Assembly (NCBI GenBank): GCA_038087875.1
Contig: CM075992.1
Coordinates: 10,914,001-10,978,000 of the forward strand
DNA length: 64,000 nucleotides
DNA from: Malacoraja senta
Taxonomy: Eukaryota
Direction: 5' to 3'
In this document: piece by piece, positions 22,369 to 36,453 of the stretch
Position numbering within the stretch: position 1 is the first letter of the stretch
Layout: each line of letters begins with the position of its first letter
Made by a program: the position numbers and the translations under genes
The notes under the pieces: model-generated
What the model was told of the DNA's origin: nothing
Database searches by the model: none
The model's input: the letters and a program-made list of their open reading frames with translations, nothing else

Positions 22369-22820
22369 CTTCAACTAGCATAAGCTGTGGGCCTAGTAGC
22401 TTTTTCATTCAGGTTCGTGACCCAACTCACGGAACAACCTGAATTTTTAACATATTGTGTAAAAATATTATATAAATCAGACCTGAAACTCGTCAAGAAC
22501 AAAACCTGCACATTTTGTTTAAATATGACAAAAACTTCCAATTTTCCGAGTAGTAATTGTCCAATCAATGCAAGTTTGACATTGAGGTCGGAAGCAAATT
22601 GACCAATCCCACGCTTTGTTTTATGGTCGCTAGGCAACGAGGACCCTGGGATCATGGCTGCATTACATCAATAGCAAAAACAAGGTTTCCAAGGATAAAG
22701 GTAATGCTCACCTTGCTGATCAATTTGGTTTTGTATTGATTTATCTTTATAAAGTTATGATGTGAACTGTTAAATCGAAATGATAAATAACAAATGTACA
22801 GTCAAGGTCAGAGTCAGAGT

Positions 22821-23220
22821 CAGGGTAGGCTGTTGGATGCTGTGGAGGATCGGTCGGGCTGACGGAAGGCCGGTGAGTGCTGCGAGGGGTTGGTTAGGCT
22901 GTCGGAAGGCCGGTGAGTGCTGCGAAGGGTCGGTCCGGCTGTCGGCCCGCCAGTGGATGCTGCGAGGAGTCGGTCGGGCAGTTGGTAGGCCGGTGAGTAC
23001 TGCGAGGGGCTGGTCGGGCAGTTGGTAGGCCGGTGAATGCTGCGAGGGGTCGGTCGGGCTGTCGGTAGGCCTGTGAGTGCTGCAAAGGCGTAGGTCGGGC
23101 AGTTGGTAGGCCGGTGGATGCTGCGAGAGGTCGGTCGGGCATTCGGTAGGCCGGTGAGTGCAGCGAGGGGTCGGTCGGGCTGTCGGCCGGCCGGTGTTGC
23201 AGCAAGCGAGCGGGCCGACT
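22821..23220. repeat. GC-rich minisatellite, ~40-bp unit, about 10 copies
   Basis: Variants of tgcgaggggtcggtcgggctgtcggtaggccggtgagtgc start at 22881, 22921, 22961, 23001, 23041, 23081. Confidence 0.9.
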
Positions 23221-24024
23221 GACGGAGTCGGCGCTATGGGGGTGCTGAAGGCGGCCCAGGCGGCATGCAAGGCAGTGTTGCTCCCCACCATCATCATGAC
23301 GATCCAGAACAGCATGCTGGCCGAGGTGGACTCTACACGTATGGAACCCGCAGCCAGTCCCAAAGCGGCTCCAGCTCCAGCCGTGGGCAGCTCTGGAAGG
23401 GGGGGGGGCGTGTTAGGGTTAGTATAGGGTTAAGCATTTTCCTCTCAGTGGAAGGTGCCTTCGCCTTCCCCCAGCCTGGCACTGCCGCAGTCCCACTATG
23501 GCCGTGACCCCCACTCTGCACACTGGCAGTCAGTGGAGTTCAGTAAAGGGGGAAACCCAGAAGAACTGCCCTCACCCATTAATTAGGCTGGTTCAGGAGG
23601 CGGACCTCTGCAGCAGTCTCATTCAATAAACACACACAATTATATTAATTATATTATTTTTATATAATATAATTATACATAATTATATATGATTACAGTC
23701 ATATTCACAAGTCATATATATGGTATAATATATAGTTTAAATAGACTGCAACATGGAAATCGGCTCTCTATGGTGTAATATGGACATTGGACACTAGATG
23801 GCGCTTACTTTTTTGATCTCATTGTCTAATTAGTTTCATTAATTAATGTGCAACTTTTGGCACTAAGGGGTTATGACTTCCTCTCAATTATATTTTATCT
23901 AAATCTGTGCAAAATTTCATGTAGTTCCAAGACATGGGTCACGAATGTTGATTTCTAGACACATCTTTGATGCTCGGCTCACAGCCTAGCAGGCCATCAG
24001 TTCAATTCTGCCACCCTTACAATA

Positions 24025-24155
24025 ATGGCACAGTGGCGCAGCGGAAGATTTGCTACCTTAGAGCGCCAGAGACACGGATTTGATCCTGAGTACAGATGTT
24101 GTCTGCACGGAGATTGTACATTCTCCATGTGACCTGCATGGGTTTTCTCTGGGAT
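24025..24155 (+). mobile_element. tRNA-derived V-SINE-like fragment (another at ~50750-50920)
   Basis: A-box-like tggcgcagcgg, B-box-like gatttgatcc, then the V-domain-like ttctccatgtgacctgcatgggttttctctggg. Confidence 0.65.
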
Positions 24156-25424
24156 CCCTGGAGTGGGTCCAAGACTCTTGCTCGCTCCCAAAGACCAGCA
24201 AGCGAAAGCAGGAGAGTCGGCAACATCGGTGGACGCTTTATCAAAGGGCCGGTAGGAGAACTGGGGGTCTAACCTTGAGGTTGGCTGCTCGAGGCACCCT
24301 CGGAGCGGAGAAGGAGGACTCACTGGCGAACTAAATGAGGTGATGGCTGAAATAGGTCTTTTTGGCCAGCTGCAGCTTGGACTGTAAAATGGCACTAAAA
24401 TCTAGCGACTATGCATATGGACTCTGTGCTGTTTAATGCATGGGTTACTTAATCAGGGATTGTCCTTATGTATGGCAATAATCGCACTGATCTATATTCC
24501 AAAAAATGTATTTCACTGTACCTTTGGTACAATCGAACCATAAACAATTTATCTACTACCAATGTGTAAATCTTGCCTTTACTATTTCATATCCCCCAAA
24601 TGTGTAAATATTTTATTCACCAATCCTTTAAGTGTGTAAACTTTTCATGCACATCCTCCCTTCTCCTAAACATTTGCTGTTCAGTAACGTGTGTTTTTAT
24701 TCACTATTTTCCTAGTTTGTTTAGTTGAGTTTATTTTGGAGATACAACATGGAAACAGGCCCATCGACCCAACGAGTCCATGCTGACCATCGATCGCTCT
24801 TTCAAACTAGTTCTCGATTATGTAACTTTCTATTCCATTCACCATTTTATTCCATTGATTCCATTAATCTGAGTGAAGAAATCTTTCAGTTGCTTTTCTT
24901 ACATCTAACAACCAATCTGATTGAAGCTTTATTGCCTGGGAACTGCTGTTAGAATGCAGTGCAAACAGCCTCAATGATATTTTTCAATGATATTTGGAAT
25001 AAGTACTGTAAGGTGATGCGTAGTAAAACTATGGGATTAAACATTCTGCTCCAACAAGAGCTAAATTACCTATCTTGTTTCCTTCTACAATTTCCAAAAG
25101 AATTGGTGTAAATTTTAATTAACACGCCTCCAAATGAATTGCCTTTCCAATGACAACAAATGAAATTGATTAATTTTGAACAGAAAAGAGTTGTATTAAT
25201 TGCCTAAATTTAAGACATAAGATAATGCAGATGCTGGAATCTGGAGCAACAAAGTGATGAAGGAATTCAGCAGGTAGACAAAAATGCGAAGAAACTCAGC
25301 ATGTGAGGCAGCATCTATGGGGCGAAGGAAATAAGCAACGTTTCTGGTCGAAACCGTTCTTCAGACTGAATTCAGCAGGCCAGGCAGAATCCATAGAGGG
25401 AAAAGGGCAGGCTGCATTTTGGGT

Positions 25425-26712
25425 TGTATTGTATATTTATATTGTCATTTCCTGAGTATTCACATACCCAGAGGAAACAAAAAAACGTTCCTCAACCAGT
25501 GTCCATTTCAGTGTGCAGTAAAAAATAAATAGAAGTAAAAATACATATACCATGAACAAATTAACACTCTACTCTCTACTAAACATCAACAGGCGTTCCG
25601 ATCGGCAGCGGCACGACAGTGGCTCTGCTGCAGTGTGTCCAGGTTGGTGGTTGGTGCACGATACTTTGGCAGGGGGCAAAGTCCGTTTATCAGTCTTATA
25701 ACCTGTGGGAAGAAGCTGATGAGCATCCTGCTGGTTTTGCACCTAATGCTCCTGTACCTCTTCCCAGATGGCAGGATGGAGAATATGTGATGCGATGGGT
25801 GGTAGGGGTCTTTGATGATGGAGATGGCTCTGCTGATACATCTCTTCCTGTATACGTCCAGCAGGAAAGGGAGTGGAGCACCAATAATCCTACTGGCGGT
25901 CTTCACAATCCTGTCTAGTTGGTGCCGTTCGTACGCCTTGCAGCTCCCGAACCAGGAAGTGATGCCGTAGGTTAATGTGCTCTCGATTGTCCCCCTATAA
26001 AAAGTTCGTAGGTGTGTAGTGGGGAGACCTGCTTTACGTAGTCTTCGGAGAGGGTGTAGTCGCTGCTGGGCTCTCTTGACCAGTGCTGTGTTGGTCGTGG
26101 ACGTCAGGTCATCTGACAGGTGGAGTCCTAGGAACTTCACCCTGTTGACCCTTTCCACATCAGCTCCATCGATGTGCAGAGGTGTATGGTGTTGTTTTCC
26201 CGCCCTCCTGAAGTCAACCACCATCTCCTTGGTTTTTCCCACGTTGAGAATGAGGTTGTGGGATTTGCCCATCCAGTGAGCAGCTCCACCTCCATCCTGT
26301 ACGCCGACTCATCATTGTCACTGATGAGACCCACCACTGTTGTGTCATCAGCGAACTTGTTGATGAAGTTGTTGTTGAGTCTAGCAGTACAGTTGTGTGT
26401 TAGCAGACTAAACAGCAGGGGCTTAGGACACAGCCTTGGGGCGAGCCAGTGCTCACGGCTATGGTTTTTGATGTCCTACTGCCCACCCTGACTGTCTGCT
26501 GCCGTTGCGATAGAAAGTTCAGGACCCAGTTACATGTGCCAGCATCAACCCCAATAGCTCCAACTTCTCCACCAGCTGCTGCGGAATGATTGTATTAAAA
26601 GCAGAGCTGAAGTCTATGAAGAGGATCCTGGCATAAGTAATTTTTCCGATCAAGGTGTGACAGTGCGAGGTTCAGTGTTGAGACTGCGTCCTCTGTGGAT
26701 CGGTTGGCTCTG
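25425..26712 (-). mobile_element. Rex1/Babar LINE 3' portion
   Basis: [50 protein letters not shown]. Confidence 0.9.
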
Positions 26713-28801
26713 TTGGGACTCTTCTTCAGACTGCTTGCTCCATTTTTTGTACCTGCCTAAAGTCTATAATCAAGAGTTTGCAAGAAGTGCAGTCACTTTT
26801 TAATAGACATGATTTCTTAATAGACATGCATTGAACAAAGCCTTGAGTTCGTTGTTTTGGTGAATAGAGAATAAAACAAGGGAAGCTAATGATAGCTGCT
26901 GAAAGCATAATGTTACTGAAAGTCTGGAAGACTGGTGTTGCAATAAAAAGGCATAGATTACCACCAAAGTTTGGAAGACCATGGAGTTGCAATTAAAAAG
27001 GCATAGATTGTAGGAGCAGGGAGAAGACATGCCAGGGTTATAGAAAACGTGGTCAGCCACAGATATTTTTTATTCCAAATCACAGAAAAGATTTGGTATC
27101 ACTAGAGCAGGCCTTGTGCTTTCCCATATTCAGCATTTGACTGCTTTTCTTGCTGTTTGATAATTTTTACTGGGCAAAATATTTTAGCTGCATCCAACCA
27201 GAGCATTATCTATTCGAAAGCCTGCAATATCCTGTTGTGGCAGTACTGTTCAACTTCCTTTTTGTCTTATTGATTGTTGCTCCATATTGACTGATCTAGA
27301 TTATGTTCCAGAAGCAAGCAATCACGCAAAGTATTGTATGAAATAAGAATATACAATAGCTACAGTATACCAGGAACTAATCAGACATGTATAAAAATGT
27401 AGGATCAAGATAACTAAGAAATAAGATTCTTGAGATGACACCGTCACTGATAATCAGTCTTGAAAACAAAGCAGAACACAAAATTGGAAATACACTGGCT
27501 TTATGAAATTAATAAAATTAATAATTTATTTTACAGTATGTGGCTCACTGCTTGAAAGCACAAACTTTACTCAATATTGCTCTATGGCAACAATACTTGT
27601 CAACGAAGCATTGACTTGCACCATCAAAATAGAAGAACGTCCCAGGGTGTTTCATTGTATTTTAAATAACATTTGATCTTTGTTCAAAGCTGTGACCTTA
27701 AAGCTGAAAGATAGGTCGAGGTGGCAAAATTTATGGGAGGGATTCCAGATCTTAGGGTCTTGGTAGATGAAGTTACAATGGATCAATTAAACTTAAATTA
27801 GTAGGTCAGAATTAATGTGGTGCAGGGATTTCAGAGGATTGTAGAGATGGGAAGATTACAGTCATGAAAAGCCAATAGAATAGCCTAAAAACAGATGAGA
27901 ATGACGGGTAATAGGTTCATGTGAATTGGCTTAAATTAGAATGAATGCAGAATCTTGGATGACTAAGTTAATAGAGGTGAGGTCAAAGGATGCCTACAAG
28001 TATCATGTTAGAGATAGGTACAGCTTGGAAACATGCCCTTCGGCTCAACTTCCCCACACCGGCTAACATGTCCCGGCTACACTCGTCCCACCTGCCCGTG
28101 TTTGGCTCGTATCCCTCTAGACATATACCTGTCTAACTGTTTCTTTAATGTTGGGATGGTCCCTGCCTCAGCTACCTCCTCTGACAGCTTGTTCCATACC
28201 CCGATCACTCATTGTGTGAAAAAGGTACCCCTCAGATTCCTATTAAATCTGGGCATTTTGAGCTCCAAGTCCATATCTCCTTGAAAGTGGCAACATTATT
28301 GAATAGAATGGTTAAGATGGTGTTTGGTATGCTGGCCTGCATTGGTCAGGGCATTGAAATTAAGTGTCAGGAAGTTGCAGCTTTATAGGACTGGCTGGGC
28401 TACATTTTAAGTATTGTGTGTGTGTGTGGGGGGGGGGGGGGGGATCTGCGAATGGGCATCTTAGCCAGGCCCAGGAGCAAACCGTTTCCAGCAGACATAC
28501 GTTCCCCCAACGCAACCCTTTTCCCCCACTCACTCACTGTGCAGTTAATTTTTTAAAAAATGCAATTGCACTAAGATTTAATGTGATGTAGGTGCCACCG
28601 ACAAGTCCGTCTTTTGTTATCCAAATCTAATCATTAAACTTTGCTGTGCTGGGTTAGGTTGGCAGATTCTTATTCTGAAGGACATTTGCTGTGAAGGACT
28701 CAGTGTTCTGGGATAGAAACATTGTAGCCGGTAGGGCATTGTGACGTCATAACTGCCTAACTGCCAGTTCAGATTTGAAGAAATCCAACTTTTAAATGTC
28801 A

Positions 28802-29180
28802 CTAGACCACGGGGGACCCGTTGGGTCCCGTCCCCTCAACGTGCGCGGGAGGGGGGGGGAGGGTGAGGGGAAGAAAAGGGATGGCGGGGGAGGAAGAGAG
28901 GCTGGGAGAGAGAGAATGGGAGAGAGTGGAAGGGGAAGAAAAGGGGAGAGGGGGAAGAGGTGGGGGAAGAGAGGTGGGTGGAAGAGAGGAGTTGGGGGTG
29001 GGGTGGTGAAAGGCCGGGGGGGGAGAGCCCGAGGGGGGGGGAGAGAGAGCCCGGGGGGGGGGGGTAGATAGAGAGAGACCGGGGCGGGGGAGAATGAGAG
29101 AGACCAGGGGGGAGGGGTGAAAGAGAGCCTGGGGAGGGGGAGAGAGAGCCGGGTGGAGAGAGAGAGAGCTGGGCAGGGAG

Positions 29181-29216
<36 letters not shown>

Positions 29217-30474
29217 GGGCGGGAGGAGGGGGAGCCCGGGGGGGAGAGAGAGAGGGGGAATGCTCTCAGAGCATCGTTTTCTCAAGCAGTATGATTATAC
29301 ACACACCCACCCGCACACACACCCGCATCCAAGATCAGACTTTAAATAGTTACTAGACCAACGAGCGGTTGCGGGGGGGCGCCTTTGGCATCACACACAC
29401 ACTAACCACCCCCACACACACACACACTAACCCCCCCTTTGATATATTATTATTCATTCGCTCCTTTTTCCCCATTCCCCGCCCTATCCACTCATAACCC
29501 CCAACTGCGCCGGTGCGGCTAGAGAGAAGGTGGGTAGAGAGGGAGAGGGTGAGGGTGGTAGAGAGGGAGGGGGAGGGGGTAGAGAGGGAGAGGGAGGGGG
29601 TCGAGATTGAGGGGTGAGGCGCGCAGCGTCACAGGGGAGGGTGGTTCCTGAACGCAATACTCCACCAGAGAGGGGTGGGCAGAGCGGGAGGGGGGAGAGT
29701 TGGAGGGGGGCAGAGAGGGAGTGGGGGCAGAGAGGGAGGGGAGTTAGAAAGGGAAGGGGGCAGAAAGGGAGGGGGTAGAGAGGGAGGCGGTGGAGGCAGC
29801 ACCTACCCAGGTCGTAGAGCAGCAGCCTCCCCACCAGGCGCCGGGCCCGAGCGGGGGGAGAGAGAGGGCGGGGAGAGAGAGAGCTGTAAAACAGGGCCCG
29901 ACTTGCTCGTTCTTCACTCGCAGCACCTGCTGCAGTCTGAAAAGCGAGCGGGCCACGAAAAGCGAGTGGGGAGTTGAGCAAGGGAGCGGTCAGCGGGCAG
30001 CAGTGCGCTGGTCAACCAAATTACTGCCTGTCTCACTAATGTCTTACACCAACCACACACACACACACACCCCACACCCCCCCCAAGATCAGAGTTTTAG
30101 TATATACTAGACCAAGGGGGACCCATTTGGTCCCATCCCGTCAACGCGCGGGGGGGGGAGCAAGAGGGGGGGGGGAGGAAGAGAAAGGCTGGGGAGAGTG
30201 ATGAGGGGGGGAGGGAGGGGAGTGGAAGATGTGGGGTTGGAAGAGATGGGAGGTGGAAGAGAGGCCCTGGGGAAGTAGTGAAAGAGAGGCCGGGGGGAGA
30301 GAGAGTCTGGGGGGGGGAGGGAGAGGGCTGGGGGAGAGGCAGGGGGGCAGGGGGAAGAGAGCCGGGGGGCCGGGGAAGAAAGCCCGGGGGTGGGGGTGAA
30401 GAGTGCCGGGGGTGGAGGGAAGAGAGCCCGGGTGGTGGGAGACGAGGAGAGAGAGAGAGAGAGAGAGGGAGGGA

Positions 30475-30518
<44 letters not shown>

Positions 30519-31074
30519 ATTCTTCACTCGCAGCGGGTGCCGCAGTCTGAAAAGCAGCGGGGAGTTGAGGAAGGGAGCGGGCAGCGGTGCGAGCGTCAAC
30601 CAAATTACTGCGGGTTCAATCCAGAGCCTGGGGGGGAGGGCGGGGCGGCGGCCGGCCGAGTGCGAGTCGACTGTGAGCGGGTGGCGACCAAATAATTGCG
30701 GGTCGGCGGGGGTGAGGTGACTCGCAGCGCGTGGAAAGTAGTGCACAGCAGCCGGCGCGTGGAAAACAGTGCGCAGCGGGCGACTGTGAGATGGCATTGT
30801 GACATAATGACTGGAAGCTGCTAGAAAATTCTCACTCTCACAGGCAGTTAGTGTTTTAAAAGTTGTTTTTTAAAAAACTTTAATCATCACTAACTTGTGA
30901 AATATAGCATCAGATCTGATGGGAACCTGATTATGGCGTGGACGGGAAAAATGTGAGTAAGAATGTGGAAAATTTTCAGCGCTACCGCGTAGCGTTTTGA
31001 CGAAGATACAAAAACAGACATACACAGACACACACACACATACAAGTTTAGAATTTTAGAAGTATATAGATAGA
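28802..31074 (-). mobile_element. Array of three non-autonomous Helitrons (3' CTAG at 28802, 29353, 30107)
   Basis: a|ctagacca ends; hairpin gggacccgttgggtccc ~10 nt from the CTAG (28813-28829, imperfect at 30118-30134); caagatcagagtttta-type 5' motifs; terminal tatataga|taga|t. Confidence 0.75.
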
Positions 31075-32099
31075 TAAAATGCCTTGCGATTTTTCTTAAT
31101 CCAACTCGCCAACGGTCGCATTTGGCCCTTCCAATCACCCGCTTCAGTTTCCTGTTTTCTTCATATTCCTTATAAGCCCCATCTAATGTCACCTTCGGAA
31201 TTTTGACATACACTTCCTGTTTCTTCCTGACTAAGTTTACAACCCCCTTGGCTTTATCTTGCCAGCCTTATGCCTCCATCTTACTGGTACATGCTGATCC
31301 TGCTCATTGATCATCAAGACTTTAAATGACTCCCACATTTTGTCTTGCACTTAACCAATAACATTTGCTCCCAATCTATCCTATTTAGCTCGAGCCTAAT
31401 GACATTTTAATCTGCCTTGCTTCAATTAAGTACCTTTCCCACCATCCAGATCAATCCATGGTCAAAACATTATTAAAACTTATGGAGTTGTGATCACTAT
31501 TTCCTATAATGCAATTCCACCATAGCACCAATCACCTGGCCAAGCTCGTTGCCAAATGCATGGCTACAGTTTCCTTTTTGGAAGTAGAGGCACTCGAATT
31601 TGGAGATGCCCTTGGATTAATCTTTCAAGGCTCAAAGAAGACAGAGGGTTGTAGTGGAAGAGTGTTATTCTGGCAAGTGGTCTGTGACAGTGAAGGTCTG
31701 TAGGAATCGCTGCTGGAACCTCTGCTGTTTGCGGTTTCCAGAGATTCACCCCGCTCTGGCTTCATCTCCATTCTTAAGGTACATCCTTTTATTCTGAGGT
31801 TGTACCCTCTGGTTCTCGCCTCTCACACTACTGCAAACATCCTCTCCACATCCACTCTATCTCAGTTCCTCATTATTCAGTAGGTTATAATGAGATACCC
31901 CTTCATCCTTTTAAACTCCTGTGAGTAAAGACTGAGAGGCATCAAACTGTCCTCATACAGTAACCCTCTGATCCTTCTTTACATCAATGCTGTTAATTGT
32001 CTTGCCATTAACTGTACTCTTTCCCTTTATATTCGAATTCCCAAAGGATAACACTTTACACTTGCAGAAATTAAACTCCTGATGTCATTTCCCCACTAA

Positions 32100-33400
32100 T
32101 TAGGAAGGCAAGTTTCTGGAGAGTATTCTGAGGGATAGGATATACAGGCATTTGGATGGGCAAGGGCTGATTAGGGACAGTCAGCATGGTTTTGTACATG
32201 GAAGGTCGTGTCTCACAAATCTGATTGATTTTTTTGAAGACGTGAGCAAAAAGGTTGATGAAAGCAGAGCTGTAGATGTTGTGTACATGGACTTTAGTAA
32301 GGCGTTTGACAAGGTGCCGCATGGTAGGCTGCTCTAGAAGGCTAGATCCCATGGGATCCAAGGAGAGATAGCTGAATGGATAGCGAATTGGCTCCATGGA
32401 AGGAAGCAGAGGGTGGTGGTGGAAAGTTGCTTCTCAGAATGGGTGCCTGTGAGTAATGTTGTGCCACAGGTTCGGTGCTGGGCCCGTTTCTGTTTGTCAT
32501 CTACATCAATGATTTGGTTGAGAATTTATAGGGCAAGATTAGCAAGTTGGTTGATGATACAAAGGTTAGTGGTTTTGCAGATCGTGAAGATGGTTGTGAA
32601 CGATTGCAGCAGGATCTGGATCGATTTGCCAGGTGGGCGGAGGAATAGTTGATGGAATTTAATACAGAGAAGTGTGAGCTGTTGCATTTTGGGACGTCGA
32701 ACAACAGCAGTGTGGTAGAGCAGAGGGACCTTGGAGTACATGTGCATGGTTCCTTGAAGGTCGAGTCGCAGGTAAATAAGGTGGTCAAAAAGGCTTTTGG
32801 CACTTTGGCCTTCATTAGTCAGAGTATTGAGTATAGAAGTTGTGAGGTCATGTTGCAATTGTATAAGACGTTTGTGAGACTGTATTTAGAATATTGTGTT
32901 CAGTTCTGGGCACCATGTTATAGGAAGGATATTGTCAAGCTTAAAAGGGTTGGGAAAAGATTTACGAGGATGTTCCCAGGACTAGCGGGTGTGAGCTATA
33001 GGGAGAGGTTGAGTAGGCTGGGTCTCTATTCCATGGAGTGTTGGAGGATGAGGGGAGATCTTATAGAGGTGTACAAAAACATTAGAGGAATAGATCATGT
33101 AGAAGCACAGTGTCTTTTACCCAGAGTAGGGGAATCGAGGACATAGGTTCAAGGTAAAGGGGAAAAGATTTAATAGGAATCCGAGGGGTAACTTTTTCAC
33201 ACAGAGGGTGGTGGGTGTATGGAACAAGCTGCCAGAGGAGGTAGTTGAGGCTGGGTTTAGTACATGGATAGAACAGGTTTGGAGGGTTATGGACCAAGCG
33301 CAGGTAGGTTGGACTAGGGTAGCTGGGACATTGTTTGTCGGTGTGGGCGAGTTGGGCTGAAGGGCCTGTTTCCTCACTGTATCACTCTATGTCTATGACT
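32100..33400 (+). mobile_element. CR1 LINE 3' portion
   Basis: SQHGFVHGRSCLTNL, MDFSKAFDKVPH, LEYCVQFWAP; (gactct)-like tail. Confidence 0.95.
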
Positions 33401-33949
33401 AAATGACTCTAAATGGTATGCATGTCTTCATTATAAGAGGATTTGTGCAGGAAAAAAGATGTTTAACTGCCATTATCTTTGATGACATTGTTCCTGGGAC
33501 ATGGGTGCATTTTTAGTCTTCTTACATAAGAAAAGAAGATACATGCCACAGATGGATTGCAGCAAAGGTACACAAAGCAAGTTCTTGGGATGGCAAGCTT
33601 GCCATCTGTAAACTAGGACTGCATCAAAATCCTAACAAGGGTCGACAGGATGGATAGCGAATGGCTAGAGTGATAGGTTCAAGTGGTTCTGGTCTCAGTT
33701 ACGACTGAGATGTGCAGAATGTTTTTCAAGAGAAAGCTGAATGCAATTTTTTGTGTTGAAGGGCATGCATTCAAAACAGAGATTGACAGATTTCTGGGCT
33801 TGATGAATTAAGGGATTTGGTTAAAGAACTAGAAAATAACTGATGCATATCAGATATATTCTTGATGAATGACAGACAGGTTTGAAGTTTAAATGGCCTC
33901 AGCCTGCTCTTGTTTTTCAAATTCTCATCGAATGTTCTTGTAAATGAAT

Positions 33950-34790
33950 GTGAGTTTCTCAATAATCGGAAGATCTCTGCCAATTTTTCTCTCTACCATC
34001 TGCTCATTTAAGATAGGCACAATGGAAGCAATTGGATCTTATTCCTGCTTGGGTTTGTGAACGGTTAGCTATTCTGGCCTTGTGAATGTCCCATGTCGTT
34101 TGTTTTTCAGTGTTCAAGTAGCATTGCTGGTCACCTGAATGGTGTTGTGAAAGTTCCAGAGAGCATGAGTACTTCTGTCAGAGATTCATAGCACAGCACT
34201 GTGGACCTTCTGTTGGTTTTAGTCCAGTGTTCTTCAATAAATTGTTACATTCTCTCGATATTTGCATTTACCACAGCAGATACAATCATTGAATTCATAT
34301 CTTAAAAGTTATCCCGCAACTGCCTCATTTCACGGCGTGAAGGGATGTTCTACTCATGGGAAACTCTGAGGGAGGCACTTGGGCAGCTGATGAAGAAGAG
34401 CAGCTGCAAGAGTACGTGCCTTGTGCCAGAGGGCCCAGGGAATGCACATGGTGACAGCTCGAATTTCCTGGCAGGAAGTTGCAAGGCAGATGTGTCCCTG
34501 TGATGATGGTCTGTAAATGTCTACAACCTTGCCGAATCTACTCAGCCTGTTCTTGTGGACTGAAGAAAAAGTTGACAGTCTCTTCTTGAGAATGGATCAC
34601 TCTCAGCGCTGGGCAGCAAACTGTCAGATAATGCTCAGCAGAGATCCACAGCAGAAGTCAAGAGTGTTCCTGAGACACCAAGCTGATGGTAGTGATATCT
34701 TGTTCTGTATGGATAAGGTAGCCAAGATGCATGTCCTCCTTTACATGAGCAAAAATAAGAATAGTCTTGGCAACGTTTCACTGAATCCGT
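33950..34790 (-). mobile_element. Highly decayed non-LTR retrotransposon remnant
   Basis: Weak minus-frame traces (GSLLS.., DICLA, NFHNTI); clade not assignable. Confidence 0.3.
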
Positions 34791-34806
34791 GCACTCAATC
34801 TGATAA

Positions 34807-35033
34807 AGGGCCTGTCCCACTTTCACAACCTAATTCACGACATCTGCCGAGTTTGCCCTTGACTCATACTCGCAGCATGGTCGTCACGAGGTCGTAGGTA
34901 GGTCGTAGCAGGCCGTGATGCTAGTCGTAGGTACTCGTGGCTTCAAGTAGGTCGGGGAGTTTTTCTAACATGATGAAAAATGTCCACGAGTAAAAAAGGT
35001 CGTGAATTAGGTCGTGAAAGTGAGACAGGCCCT
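34807..35033. mobile_element. PIF/Harbinger MITE, complete
   Basis: ~35-bp TIRs agggcctgtcccactttcacaacctaattcacgac / gtcgtgaattaggtcgtgaaagtgagacaggccct; TAA TSD at 34804-34806 and 35034-35036. Confidence 0.9.
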
Positions 35034-35036
35034 TAA

Positions 35037-35225
35037 GGCCCCCTGGATCTCCCAGTTACTAACCATTTTAACTTGCCTTCCCATTCCCACACTGATGTAT
35101 CTGTCCTGGGCCTCCTCCATTGCCAGAGTGAAATCATACACAAACTGGAGGAACAGCACCTCATATTCCACTCGGGTATCTTACAGTTCAATGGTACGAA
35201 CATTGAATTCTCCAGTTTCAATCGA
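35037..35225 (+). mobile_element. Penelope 3' fragment
   Basis: HSHTDVSVLGLLHCQSE..KLEEQHLIF. Confidence 0.7.
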
Positions 35226-36453
35226 TATCCCCTCATACCCTCCCTCTTTCCTGTGCCCCGATCACCCTCAATGCACCCATTTCTATCATCAACTCCTATT
35301 CCCCAGTCACCCTGCACCTTTTCCCTCCTTCGTACACTCATCTCCCATCCCTTCATTTCCTGGCATGTGAGTGATGAGATCAGCCCAATCGTGCCAATTA
35401 AATGGGGTTGGGTGAGTGGGCAGACAGATGGCAGATGCAGTATTATTTGATTAAATGAGAGATCATCCACTCTGATGGCAATAACAGGAAGATAAAGTAT
35501 TAGCTGGTGATGAATTGGGAAAGGCGGAGGTGCCACAAGACAAGGTGCCTTTGTGCACCAACTGCTGAAGATCAGTGTGCAGGTGGAATGGGTGATTAAG
35601 AAGACAGCAGTATATTGAATTTCACAGTGAGCGGATTCAATAAACCAGGAATAACATGCTGCAATTGTGCAGAGCCTTGGCAAGAGCACACCTGAGGAAT
35701 TGTTTGGAGTTTAGATTATCTTAACTGAGGGAGGATGTTTTTGTTATGGAGGAAGTTCAGTTAAGATTCACCAGAATGATTCCCAGATGCAAGGATTGAA
35801 GTTTGAAGAGAGATTGGGTCAATTAGAATGTTTGAAGATTGAAACGCTCAAAACCAGCAGAAAGTACACAATCTGTTATTGTATTAACTTCAAGATTTCC
35901 AACTTTTGCTTGAACTCTGAAGCCAAAGATTTCACCTCCTTGCTCTTCCTTCCATCAGCAAAGTCTAGAAGTTTCTTATTTAATGTCAGTTCATTTGCCA
36001 CAAAGAAATGTACAATGTGATGACTGTCCTTTTTGTGAACCTCTGGTAACTGAATGAGAGACTTCCTGTTTATCACAGTTCTTGCAGATTCATTGCTTTT
36101 ACAAGTTGAGGTATTCACACCAATTTCAGCAAAACAAAAGCATGAGAAAAGTGGAACAATTGTCCGCCTCCAGACTCCTCAACCCTGCCCCACTATTCAA
36201 TCTGATCATGGCTCATCCATCCTGGTTTCAACTCCTGATCTCTGCAGTTCCCCACAACCTTTATCAGGTAATCTTTCACATATTTATTTCGCTCCACTGT
36301 AATTATATATAGTGATCTGGCCTCGATAACCATTGGGCAGAGAATTCTAGAGATTCATCATTCCAGAGATTCAGTTTTAAATGCCCATCTCCTCAATTTG
36401 AAGCTGTACCCCCTGTGCAACAATCACAGTTCTAGCAGATTAATTGCTATAAA

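Noticed and set aside
22821..23220. CRISPR-like array (also 41750-41950 and 59829-59895)
   Set aside because: Contiguous degenerate tandem units with no unique spacers, no cas genes, and a eukaryotic context.
23411..23433. Interstitial telomeric repeat
   Set aside because: Only one exact TTAGGG plus degenerate neighbours.
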